This document shows, piece by piece, positions 41,301 to 53,058 of a stretch of 64,000 bases of DNA. Source of the stretch: Geosiphon pyriformis uo1 (taxonomy: Eukaryota; Fungi; Glomeromycota); the NCBI GenBank assembly GCA_016748015.1, contig JAAOMT010000375.1:115493-179492 (forward strand), given 5' to 3'. The position numbers were made by a program, and so were the translations under genes. Under the pieces are notes generated by a model, which saw only the letters and a program-made list of their open reading frames with translations, searched no databases and was not told where the DNA came from. Position 1 is the first letter of the stretch. Every line of letters begins with the position of its first letter.

Positions 41301-43099
41301 CCTTTGAAGAGATCACAATAGAAAATTACAAAAACATTTTGCAAAGAAGACTTGGTATCATTCTTGACTCCTTGGTAAAAGCACGAATAATTGCTTTTGA
41401 AAAGATAAAACAGTTCCAAGAAAAGCTTAAAAGAAAGAAAACCTATAAAACACTTTCTTTAAGTATTGGTGACTTGGTATTGGAATACTATTCAGATAGA
41501 AACAATGTTTATGGTGATAAATTCTCTAACCAGTGGAAAGAACCTTTTATAGTCAACAAAGTTTTGAACAATGGTTCTTATATTCTTCAAGATTAATTCA
41601 GAACAATCTTTAATAATCATCCTGTTCATGGTACACGACTTAAGAAATATTATAAATGACTTGATTGGCTGTCTGTTGTGGTAATACTGACTTAAATAAT
41701 CAGCAAAAATCAAGTATAAATAAATACACTATTTCCAAAATAGAGGTATCTTCAATTGACATGAACAATTATTTTCTGGATCAAAACATTCAAAACACCT
41801 TCTATACTCTTCATGAATATTAGATCAAAAATTATCCAAATGCTACTTTGACCATTGGAAAACAAACCACCATAACTAATAACAGTAGAACACATACTGT
41901 TATTAGACTAAAGAAAACTACTACCAGAAGAAAAAAAATTGGTAGCAAAATAGATAAATATCTGTTGGAAAGTATAACAGCAGCTATACTTCTACCTTCT
42001 AACACAATTGGAAAAACACTTTAAGAAATCTTATCCATAGACAAAAACTTGTTATATGGAAGACAATTAGAACTCTATGGTTACCTTGGTGAAATCATAG
42101 AGAATATGAAACTTATAAAGAAAACAACTTCAGAGATACAGACAAAAATTTTGGGCATTATATAGTTAGATGTCCCAAGAGTTTTAACTATTGCTAAAAG
42201 AGCCAAAACTCTAATACAAAGATTTGGTCTCTTAGATACAAAACTTATTTTGTTTCAAGTGTTATATATCTTATTCACAAAAGACTTCAACAAACTAGTT
42301 AGCTTTGAGTTAGATAAAACTCTTTCAATAGATCACATCATAAATAGCTTGATTTTGCCGGAGCTTAATCTCTTTGGAGAGGATAATGTTATGGTTGAAA
42401 CTTATACTTCTTATCAATTATCACATGTATTAGCCACTGATGTCACATAAATTAGCCACTCTATTTTTAGAAAGTAATCATTAATCTGATCAATGACCTG
42501 ACTGTTAACCTAATTATTGACCTGATTATTGAACTGATCATTGACCTAGTTGTTGACCTGATCATTGACTACTTTTGACAGCTATATAAGTGATGAATCT
42601 CTTAGCTGTAGAAAAACATGTAAAAATTAAAGAAATAAAGAAATAAAATAACAATTTCATCTCAATCCTTCTCTTATTGCTAATTTCCCTTTCTCTACTT
42701 TCAAGTATCTGAACATCTTAAAGATAAAAGACTACTTGTTGGCATTTATCTATTCTTTTCCTGAAATGTGTAATTGCAGCATTTAAAGACTATTGAATAA
42801 AACATGACTGAAGAGTATATTTAATATCTAATATTGAATTTTAAGAGCACTGATGTAAAACATAAAATTATACCAGATGTGATCAATTGTTAACAGTACA
42901 GACTATCTCTTTACCTTCAGATTCTCTGGTTATTTTTGAAAAGTATAGCAACTAAGATATTTTATAAGACTGATCTTGTATATTGAATCCATACTTATCT
43001 AATTCACTCTTTGAAGTTGAATTCCCTTTGATTATTTTCATCACCTTACAATCCTGTTCTCTCTTGCTATCTATTAGCTTGTTACTCCAACCCATAACA
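35318..43099 (+). mobile_element. Complete gypsy copy C: LTRs 35318-36054 and 42387-43099; gag 36107-37660; pol 37648-40341; IN 40406-41719; ORF4 41761-42450
   Basis: All four ORFs have the same lengths as in copy B. GTAT is on both flanks. Confidence 0.95.
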
Positions 43100-45129
43100 G
43101 TATACTTGAATACCCTATCAATAAATGATCTAGACTAGGCATTAATTTAATAGCTAATATTATGCAGATTATGGAGAAAAAAAACATCTTATTCAGGAGC
43201 AATGATAACACACATAAGGTACCTGAATCTTCAAGACCACAGACATATTTAATTGAGACTGTTATACCTTCAGATACAACCTACAATAAGATCAGAAACT
43301 TTTTAAGAAAGGAGAACATTTTGTATTTACATCAAATATAGAACAAAGATGAGATATTGATGACATAGATAGACTTCACAAGGAAGTATAGGCAAAACAA
43401 TAGTGGTAGAATTCTCAGATAGTTTAAGATTTTAGAGTCTACAATTATTATAAATAAGTACAGGAAAATTAATGTAGCACAATGTGAAGTTTTGGAAATG
43501 CACAAACTGACTAACCAAATACCAAATGATTTTGAAATGATGCAAAGAGATACTATTTACATTCATATCCCTGACACTTTATTAACACAATGGAGGAGTG
43601 TATAAGAGAAGTTGAGATTCAGAAAAAAAATAAAAATATCAACAGATGGCTTACTGATAGAAGCTGGTTTTGAAAATGCAAAAGAAGAAACTGCTTTCAT
43701 AACATATAGAATAGAGACTAAATTTGGTATAGCAGTTAATAGAACATTATTGTTAACAAAAACAGAAGCAAAGGCTGTATTATTGGCTTTGGAAACAGTA
43801 CCTTACAAATACAAACTAATAATAAACACAGATAGTTAAGCAGTAATGTCAATAGCTCAGAAATAGTTGTCCAAAGATGTTTTCTTGTCTGTTAGAAATC
43901 AGCTCAAAACTTTAAACTGGCACATATAGAATGCAATCAGAACAATAATAAGTGAAAAGAGGATTAATCTCAACATGAACAAAGTGGTATATTAGAAAAT
44001 AAGAAGGCTAACAAACTGGCCAAAAAATCTACTATTCTTGACACTATGAGGTGGACCTACAATGCTAAAAAGACTGCATATATTTTTTTTTGCAAAGGTG
44101 TTGAATTGGATTTAAATATTAGACATTTTCTGAGCAAATAGACTAGTCTTTAAGCAGCTTTAGATTGGATAGACAACAACAAAGTCCAAGAAACAATAGG
44201 ATCTTTAGACCAAGATATAGACTGGATGTGCACAACCAAAATCTGAAATTGGGATGGTAGAATAGTATCAGGTTTCACCTTAGCTGGTTCTTTAATAATA
44301 CATACATTTCTTATAAAATCATTTCACAACATGCTGTTAACAGCAGAGATGCTATACAATTGATGTCCCCTTGTATACCTAAACAATTTTTGCAAAATAT
44401 GTCACAGGAAAGTGGAAACCAACTGGTACTTTTGGGAATGCTCTCTAAATATCCAAGAGAGCAAGATACTAATTAATAATGTAAGAAATAGGTGGATACA
44501 ATGCCTATTACAGGCTGTGGAAGGGAAACAAAAAGCCCTAAACACTAATGAAAAGATTGTACTGTCTAATAAATACATCATGTCATCATCCAACATAGAT
44601 CTGCTATGTAAAAGATTGATCAATAAGCAATTTGGAAGAATCAATGCTTTTGTTGACATCGACCTAAAAACTAATAATAATATATTAATTAAGGTGTGTA
44701 AATGGACAGTTATTCAAGCAAAGAATATATTGTGGGGAGAATGGTGCAGATTGCAAACTGAATAAAAAAAATCAAAAGGTATTGATAACAGGGTCAAGAA
44801 AAATCTATCTGATGATTTCAACATATATAACACATTAAAGAATAGTGGTAGGAATACTGGCAAACTTATAGTCAAAATAGGTGAAGTATTCACACAGTGT
44901 AATAATATATTGACTAATGTTTTTTGTGATAAGAGTACTTTGTATAATAGTGTAATACCACATAGATTTTCTGGTTATACTAGTGTGTAGTTAGACATAA
45001 CCATTTAGTGGTTAGCCACATCTTGTAATTTAGTTTATTGGATGAGTTGGCTTTATGAAAAGATCATGCTTTATGAGTGTAGCTAAACTAATAAAAGACC
45101 AGCATGGCTACACATTAACAAAAAAAAAA
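43100..45129 (+). mobile_element. LINE-B 3' portion: ORF2 RNase H and CCHC finger (stop 44988-44990), 3' UTR, poly(A)
   Basis: ISTDGLL...TKTEAKAVLLALE...NTDS; CKICHRKVETNWYFWEC; ends FSGYTSV*; A10 tail; inserted into a gypsy ORF4. Confidence 0.88.
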
Positions 45130-46105
45130 TAACAGCAGCTATACTTTCATCTTCCAGCACAATTGGAAAAACACTCCAAGAAATCTTATCTATAGACAAA
45201 AACTTGTCATATGGAAGGCAATTAGAACTCTATAGTCACCTTGGTGAAATCATAGAGAATATGAAACTCATGAAGAAACAACTTCAGAAATACAGACAGA
45301 AATTTTGGGCATTATACAGTTAGATGTTCTAAGAGTTTTAATTATTGCTAGAAGAGCCAAAACTCTAATACAAAGATTTGGTCTTTTGGATACAAAACTT
45401 ATTTCACCTCAAGTATTATATACCCTATCTATGAAAAACTTCAACAAACTAGTTAGCTTTGAACAAGATAAAACTCTTTAAATAGATTACATCATAAATA
45501 GCTTGATTTTGCTGGAGCTCAATCTCTTTGGAAAAGATAATATTATGGTTGAAACTTATACTTCTTATTAATTATCACATGTATTAGCCATTGATGTCAT
45601 ATAAATTAGCCACTCTATTTTTAGAAAGTGATCATTGATCTAGTTGTTGACCTGATCATTGACTACTTTTGATAGCTATATAAGCAATGAATCTCTTAGC
45701 TGTAGAAAAACATATAGAAATCAAGAAAATCAAATAAATAAAATAACAACTTTCATTTCAATCTTTTTCTTATTGCTAATTTTTCTTTCCCTACTTTCAA
45801 GTATTTGAACATTTTGGGATAAAAAATTACTTGTTGGTTATTCCTTACCCTTTTTCTGAAATGTGTAATTGTAGCATTTGAAAATTATTGAATAAAATGT
45901 AATTGAAAAATACATCTGATACCTGATATTGAATTCTAAGAGTGCTGACATGAGACAAAAAATTATACCAGGTGTGATTATTTGTTGACAGTACAGACTA
46001 TCTTTCTACCTGCTCTTTGAAATTGAATTCTCTTTGATTCTTTTCATCACCCTACAATTCTGTTTTCTCTTGCTATCTGTTAGCTTGTTACTTTAACCCA
46101 TAACA
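45130..46105 (+). mobile_element. Gypsy copy D 3' end (ORF4 C-half, PPT, 3' LTR 45541-46105)
   Basis: Colinear with 41975-43099. Confidence 0.9.
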
Positions 46106-47749
46106 GTATTATTACTGGATAGTAAGTCTAGAGAGAGTGTTGGTGTTTTGATGATTTGCTCTTTTGTGGTATTGAATATCATAATCAAATTCATCCAAGA
46201 GCTTTTTTTTATTGTACAGCCAAACCAAGGCTTGATAATCTGTTACCACTAAGAATTTTGCACCAAGAAGATATTGATCCCAGTAACTAATAGCCCAAAC
46301 TACTACTAAACATTCTTGTTTAGTAACTGAATAGTTCTTTTCTGCTGGTATAAAGGATCTACTGGCATATGCTATAGCATGTTCTCTGCCATTTTCATCT
46401 TTCTGTGAAAAGACAGTACCAAGTTTATAGCTGGTTCAGTAACAAGTTTTTTCTTCAGAATTTCAAAAGCTTTTTGTTGATAAGTGCTCCAGTAATAATT
46501 GACATTTTTTCTGAGTAGCTGATTAAGAGGAAAGGCGATTTTAGAGAAATTCTTAATAAATTTGCAATAGTAAAAAGCCAAACCAAGAAAAAAACATAGT
46601 TCAGAAACATTTATTGGTTGTCTGATGTTTTGGACTTTTTCAACTTTAGCTGGGTCAGAAAAGATTCCATTTTTTGTAATAAGATAACCAAGGAACTAGG
46701 TGGATTGACATCAAAAAAAGATTTGATTGGGTTGATCTTAAGACCAGCATTTTTAAGCAGGTCAAAAATCTTTTGCAAATGTTCAAGGTGTTTATCTTAG
46801 GTTTTTAAGTAGACTATTATGTCATCTAAGTAGACTAGAACAAAGTTTTCTTTTACCAATTCAAATACTTTGTTCATTAGATATTAAAAGATAAGAGGGG
46901 CATTGATGAGACCAAAAGACATGATTGTAAATTCATAAGTGCCATACTTGGTAATGAAGGCAGTTTTCTTTTTGCTTTCTGGATTCATCTCTACTTGCCA
47001 GAATCTAGCAGTTAAGTCATTAGTTGAGAAGAAAGCAGCACCATTGAATTTATCTAGCATTGCATTAATTTTGGAAAGTGGGTATATGTCTCTTATAGTG
47101 ATAACATTTAATTGGCAGTAGTTGACACAAAAGTGTAGAATTCCACTTTTCTTAGATACCACTACAACTGGGAAAGCCTATTCACTTTTGGTTTTTTGTA
47201 TGAATCCAAAATTTTTTATCTGGTTTATCTCTTTCTTGATAAACTTATTATTGCATTAATTAGATTGATAAGGCTTTAAATGAATGGGACGAGTTTCTTT
47301 TGTGATGATGGTATGTTGTATCATATGGGTTCATCCAGGGATATCACCTTCTTTTAAGATAACTGGGCTATTTCTAGCCAACAGATTTTCAATGTTCACT
47401 TTTTTTTTTGTTCTACAAAGAGATTGAATTTCAGGTGGTTCATTCTCAAAGGACTTCTGTACTTCTTTTAGTTTTTCTTTGAGTATAAAACTAATTGGCT
47501 CACAATCTTTGTAATAGATTAGACAGAACTTGCATTCATCACTAGGGAAATACAAAGATTTATCACACCAGCACCTGGCACAAGGACCATGTCACCAATA
47601 ACTGTATTTTGCTTTCTTGCCAGGTTTTTTATCAAAGATTTTTTTGAGGATATCATAGTAGAGCCAGCAAATCAGCTTGCCATTTACCATGATTCCTTCT
47701 TTGTCAGCTTTAACATTGTCTAGTAACTTGTCATTGCTGGTAAAGATAG
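46106..47749 (-). mobile_element. Gypsy copy E, pol fragment (linker, RT, RNase H) with internal deletions
   Basis: Minus-strand KKTAFITKYGTYEF and YLDD-region matches. Confidence 0.9.
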
Positions 47750-50599
47750 TGTTATGAATTGGAATAATAAGCTAATGGATAGCAAAGGAGAACAGAATTG
47801 TAGGGTGATAGAAATAATCAAAGGGAATTCAATTTCAAAGAGCAAATTAAATAAGTATGGATTCAATGTACAAGATCAGTCTCATAAAATATTTCAGTCG
47901 CTATTCTTTTCAAAAAATAACTGGAGAATCTGAAGGTAGAAGGATAGTCTATACTGTCAACAAATGATCACACTTGGTATAATTCTATGCCTCACATTGG
48001 CGCTCTTAGACTTTAATATCAAGTATCAGATGTGCTCTTTAGTCACATTTTATTCAATAATCTTCAAATGCTACACTTATACATTTCAAGAAAAGAGTAA
48101 AAATTAACCAACAAGTAATCTTTTATCCCAAGATGTTTGGATACTTGAAGGTAGGGAAAGGGAAATTAGCAATAAGAGAATGATTGAGATGAAAGTTGTT
48201 ATTTGATTATTTTGAACATGCTTCTCTATAACTAAAAGATTCATCACTTATATAGTTGTCAAAAGTAATCAATGATCAGGTCAACAGTTAGATCAATAAT
48301 TACTATCTAAAAATAGAGTGGCTAATTTATATGACATTAGTGGCTAATACATGTAATAATTAATAAGAAGTATAAGTTTCAGCCATAACATTATTTTCTC
48401 CAAAGAGATTGAGCTCCAGCAAAATCAAGCTATTCATGAAGTAATCTATTTGAAAAGTTTTATCTAACTCCAAGCTAACTAGTTTGTTGAAGTCTTTTGT
48501 GGATAAGGTATATAACACTTGAAGTGAAATGAGTTTTGTATCCAAGAGATCAAATTTTTGTATTAGAGTTTTGGTTCTTTTAGCAATAATTAAAACTTTT
48601 GAGACATCTAATCATATAATGCCCAAAATTTCTGTCTGTATTTCTGAAGTTGTTTTCTTCATGAGTTTTATATCCTCTATGATTTCATCAAGATGATCAT
48701 AGAATTCTAATTGCCTTCTATATGACAAGTTTTTGTCTATGGGTAACAGATATTTATCCATTTTGCTACCAATTTTTTCTCTTCTGATAGTAGTTTTTTT
48801 TTGGTCTAATAACAGTATGTGTTTCACTGTTATCAGTTATGGTGGTTTGTTTTTTAATGGTCAAAGTAGCATTTGGATAGTTTTTGATCCAATACTCATA
48901 GAGAGTATAGAAAGTGTTTTGAATGTTTTGATCCAGAAAATAATTGTTCATGTTGATTGAAAATACCTCTGTTTTGGGAATAGTGCATTTATTTATACTT
49001 GATTTTTGCTGATCAATTGAGTCGGTATTACCACAACAGACAGCCAATCAGGTTGTTTATGATATTTCTTGAGTCGTGTACTATGAACAGGACAATCATT
49101 GAAGATTGTTCCAGATTGATCTTAAAGAATATAAAAACCATTGTTTAAAACTTTGTTGACTATAAAAGGTTTTTTCCATCAGCTAGCAAACTTATCACCA
49201 TAAATATTGTCTCTGTTAGAATGGTATTCTAGTACCAAGTTACCAATACTTAAAGAAAGTGTTTTATATGTTTTTTTTTTCTTAAGCTTTTTTTAAATCT
49301 ATTTTATCTTTTCAAAAGCAATTATTTGTGCTTCTACCAAGGAGTCAAGAATAATACCAAGTTTTTTTTGCAAAATGTCTTTGTAATTTCTTATTGTGAT
49401 CTTTTCAAAAGGTATTGTTTCAATGTCAGTTTCTATTGGTAGTATTGCTATGCATTCATAGAGTAAATAAAAAGGTTCATAACTTGTTATGTCATAATTC
49501 ACAGTTCTATAAACAAACAAAGCTGAAGACAGTACTTTGTCTTATAAGTTTGTTTCTTTACTGGTTTTGGCTAGGGTTTCACATAGTGTTCTATTAAAAT
49601 GTTCCACTAGACCATTTGTTTAGGGGTGATAAAGGGAGGAAAGTTTATAGTGTATTCTCATTTTTCTACAAAGTTCTTCAACCAATGTACTGAGAAAAAC
49701 TCTTCCTCTATCAGATAAAAGTTCTTTGGGGCAGCCATGATAGCAGATGATATTTTCATAAATAAAATTAGCTATTGAGACTGCCATTTGGTCTGAAATG
49801 ATTTTTGCTTCTACCCACTTTGTAAGATAGTTGGTAGCTGTGATAATATATTTGTTGCTATCAGGAGTTATTGTTAAAGATCCAATAACATCTATACCAA
49901 TTCTGTCAAATGGTTGACCAACAGAGATTGGATAAATATCTTTTTTGCAATTGGGTTTGCCTCTTCTTTGGCAGATGTTACAGGTTTTGATGTATTCACC
50001 AATGTCTTTTCCCAAGATAGGCCAATAATAGTGAGCTAAAGTTTTTTGTATTGTTTTTGTTTTTCCAAAGTGTCTAGTTAATGGGTCAGTATACATGTTG
50101 TATATTACAATTTTTTTTCTTCAAATTTGGTAACCCTCTGGGGGCAGTTAGGATCTTTTCTATTTCTTTTATATAATTGGTTCTGGTGAATCAAAATAGA
50201 AATTTAATTGTTTGCACAAATGTTTTTTTTGCTGTTAAGTGTATTCCAGTGGGTATTGTCCTTTACCCAAAAATTTTATTAAGGCAAAATAATTGTCCAA
50301 GTCCATTATCGTGTTTGTTTTGTAAAGAAGTTACTAATAATTAAGTTGGTTTGGTTTAAGAGGTTGTACTATCACTGGATGGTAAATCTAAAGAGAGCAT
50401 CAGCATTTTGATGATTTGCTTCTTTGTGGTATTGAATATCATAGTTGAATTCATCCAAATGGAGTATCCTGTAAGTTATTTGTTTGTGTTCTAACTTCTT
50501 TTTATTGCACAGCCAAACCAAGACTTGATGATTTGTTACTACTAAAATTTTGCACTAAAAAGATATTGATTCCAGTAGCTAGTAGTCCAAACTACTGTT

Positions 50600-53058
50600 T
50601 TATTTTTTTGTTAACGTGTAGCCACACTGGTCTTTTATTAGTTAAGCCATACTCAAAAAACATGACTTTTTCACAAAGCCAGCTCACCCAATAATACAAA
50701 ATCACAAGATGCAGCTAACCACAAGTGGAAAGCTCTAACTACACACTAGTACTACCTTTGCTACCTAATGTATCAAACATATCTAATTCATACATCTTAT
50801 CTATAATGCTAACAAGCTCATAACTATTTCTAACCATACCACTTATCTACTTAGCAGTCTGATTAAGACTGAATTTGATCTTGAAAGGCTGATCTTCCCA
50901 TAGGTGCATCATAACATCAAAAGTATTATCATAAACTGAAAAGTCTTTATCATTATTGTCATCATTATTAACATCATCAATCATCTTGTCAACATCTGAT
51001 CCATCTTCTAAGCAGGCCCGTTCACATATTTTTTCAAGGCGTGTCATTTTTTTCTGCATTATGGTGACAACAGCAGCCAAGTCTTTATTTTGTTTAGCCA
51101 ACTCATCCACACATTCCTTAACTAATGCATCTATAGCAAGTGGAGTAGACAGCAATTTGGTAACCAAAGCAACTAGAGCACCAACAGATTCAACCAAGGA
51201 TTTTATCAGCAAAAACAGTTCACCAAGATGGGATTCTAGAGAAGCCAACTTAGCTTCAACAGCACTATTAAGAACAGAGGGAACAGCAGGCAATTTGAGT
51301 GTTGTAGTTGGAGGAGGGGGACCACCAAGATCCAAGTTTGTATTAGCAACAGCAGCAACAGAAGGAACCACAATGACAGCAGCTTTGGCATAAGATTTGG
51401 ATTCAGCAAATGAGAGTTTGAAAACTTTGGAGCCACCAGAGAAGTTGGAAGAGACTTTGAAAGGGAGAGGTGGTAACACCTTGTATTCTAAAGCCAAATA
51501 ATCCAAACCTTGACATCTATAGCAGTGGTGACATCCAAGAGTTTCCCACCAGATGCGGCAGCCATGTAAGATACCAGTTTTTGAAACAGCAGTGTTTAAA
51601 GATTCTAAGAAATCAAAGGTAACCACAGCAAAATGTTGATGTTGGTATGACTCAGAAGAGTGAAGAATGAAACAGATACGACCACCAACTTGAGAGACCA
51701 ATTCACTAATCTTATAGGCAGTACAGCCAAAGAGAAGATTGATTAACTTGGCTTTAAAAGCATCTCTTAAAAAAATAACATCATTCTGGTTAACTAAAAG
51801 TAGAATCCTAACACTGTTCTTTTTTACCAGCACAGACCAATAAGTAAGAGCAGCAGTAGCAGAAAAAGTGTTTTTGAAATGAATTACAGCATATTGCCAT
51901 AAGCCAGCAGGCTTCAATTTAATAGAAGTAACAACACCAAAAATGCCAAGAGCAGATTTGATGTTATCAGAAGAGGTATCCAAAAATACATTACAAAGTG
52001 CAACTAAAAAAGAAGGAGAAGAAACAGAGGCCACACCAGAAGACCATGCAATCTTAAGAGTGGTCAAAAAAATTTCATTACCAATGGCCACTTTGATGGC
52101 ACCAGTCAAACTCTCCTGAGATGCAAATTCCACACAGAACAACTTGACAGCATCTCGTGCAACTGACTTAAGCCCAATGCAACCAGACAGAAGTTGAAAC
52201 AAGAAACTAAGAAGGGCCATCTTGATCTTGAATGTAGCACCAGACACAAGAGTAGAGACCACTCATCCAGAGAATTTTTGTCGACCATTCACATTCATCC
52301 AAGTACTTTCATCAGCAACACCAGAAACTGGGGGAGAAGTAGATGATTTTATTTCCATCTAATCAGTCCAATCTTTTAGATTATCTGAAATGATGGACTG
52401 TTTTGCTTTCATGGCAGAAAAAAATCTGCTGGAGATTATCACATCAGGCAACACAGCCAGTGGTTGATCTTGTTTCATATTAAGAGATAAGTCATTGCAA
52501 TTGCCATCTATATCAGAAAAAGGGCTGGCTGCTACTGTGGAGATCCTACCCAAGATCTTATCTGGAACCACAAAAGAGTTCAGTGTGACCATAGCAGTTG
52601 TGACTGCCTGCTGCTGTTTTTTGGAATTTTTTGCTTTTGCAGTCATTTGTAAAGCAATAGTAGTAGAAGTAGTAGTAGAAGTGATAAGAGCAGGAAAGAC
52701 CAACTTGTTGACTGGTCTGTTATTAAAAATCTTCAGGCTTTTTGAAGTGATAGAGACAACACTGAGACTAACCCAAGTGTGCCTTTTTGAAGGAACTTTG
52801 ACTGGAGAAAAACTACCAGCCAAAGGTAAAGAAAATGAACCAGAAGCTACTAAAAGCAGCTTTTTACTAGTATTTTTTAAAGAAAATGTAGCCAGAATGT
52901 TTTGTTTAGCTGCTTTAATAACAGAGAGACCTTCTCGTGTTGAAACTTTATTAATTACTATAAGAAAAGTAATGTTTGAAACTTTTTTACTCTTAGCTCT
53001 AGTTGTGGTCATGAAATTTAGGAAAGAAAAAGTTTTTGTTACTTTCGTATAATTCTAT
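50600..53058 (-). mobile_element. Full-length ORF1-only non-autonomous non-LTR retrotransposon (half-LINE), 2459 bp, ~15-bp TSD
   Basis: TSD gtccaaactactgtt (50585-50599) / gcccaaactactgtt (53059-53073). Poly(A) tail, single ORF and LINE-B 3' UTR. Confidence 0.9.
50739..53012 (-). pseudogene. Half-LINE ORF (757 codons): S/T/P-rich N-terminus, RRM-like repeats, degenerate CCHC, coiled coil, acidic tail
   Basis: Fragments 52359-53012 and 50847-52262 and the gaps between them are in one frame. Starts MTTTRAKSKK, ends GSTSV*. Resembles LINE-A ORF1 (VGGRICFI vs VGGKTCVI). Confidence 0.82.
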
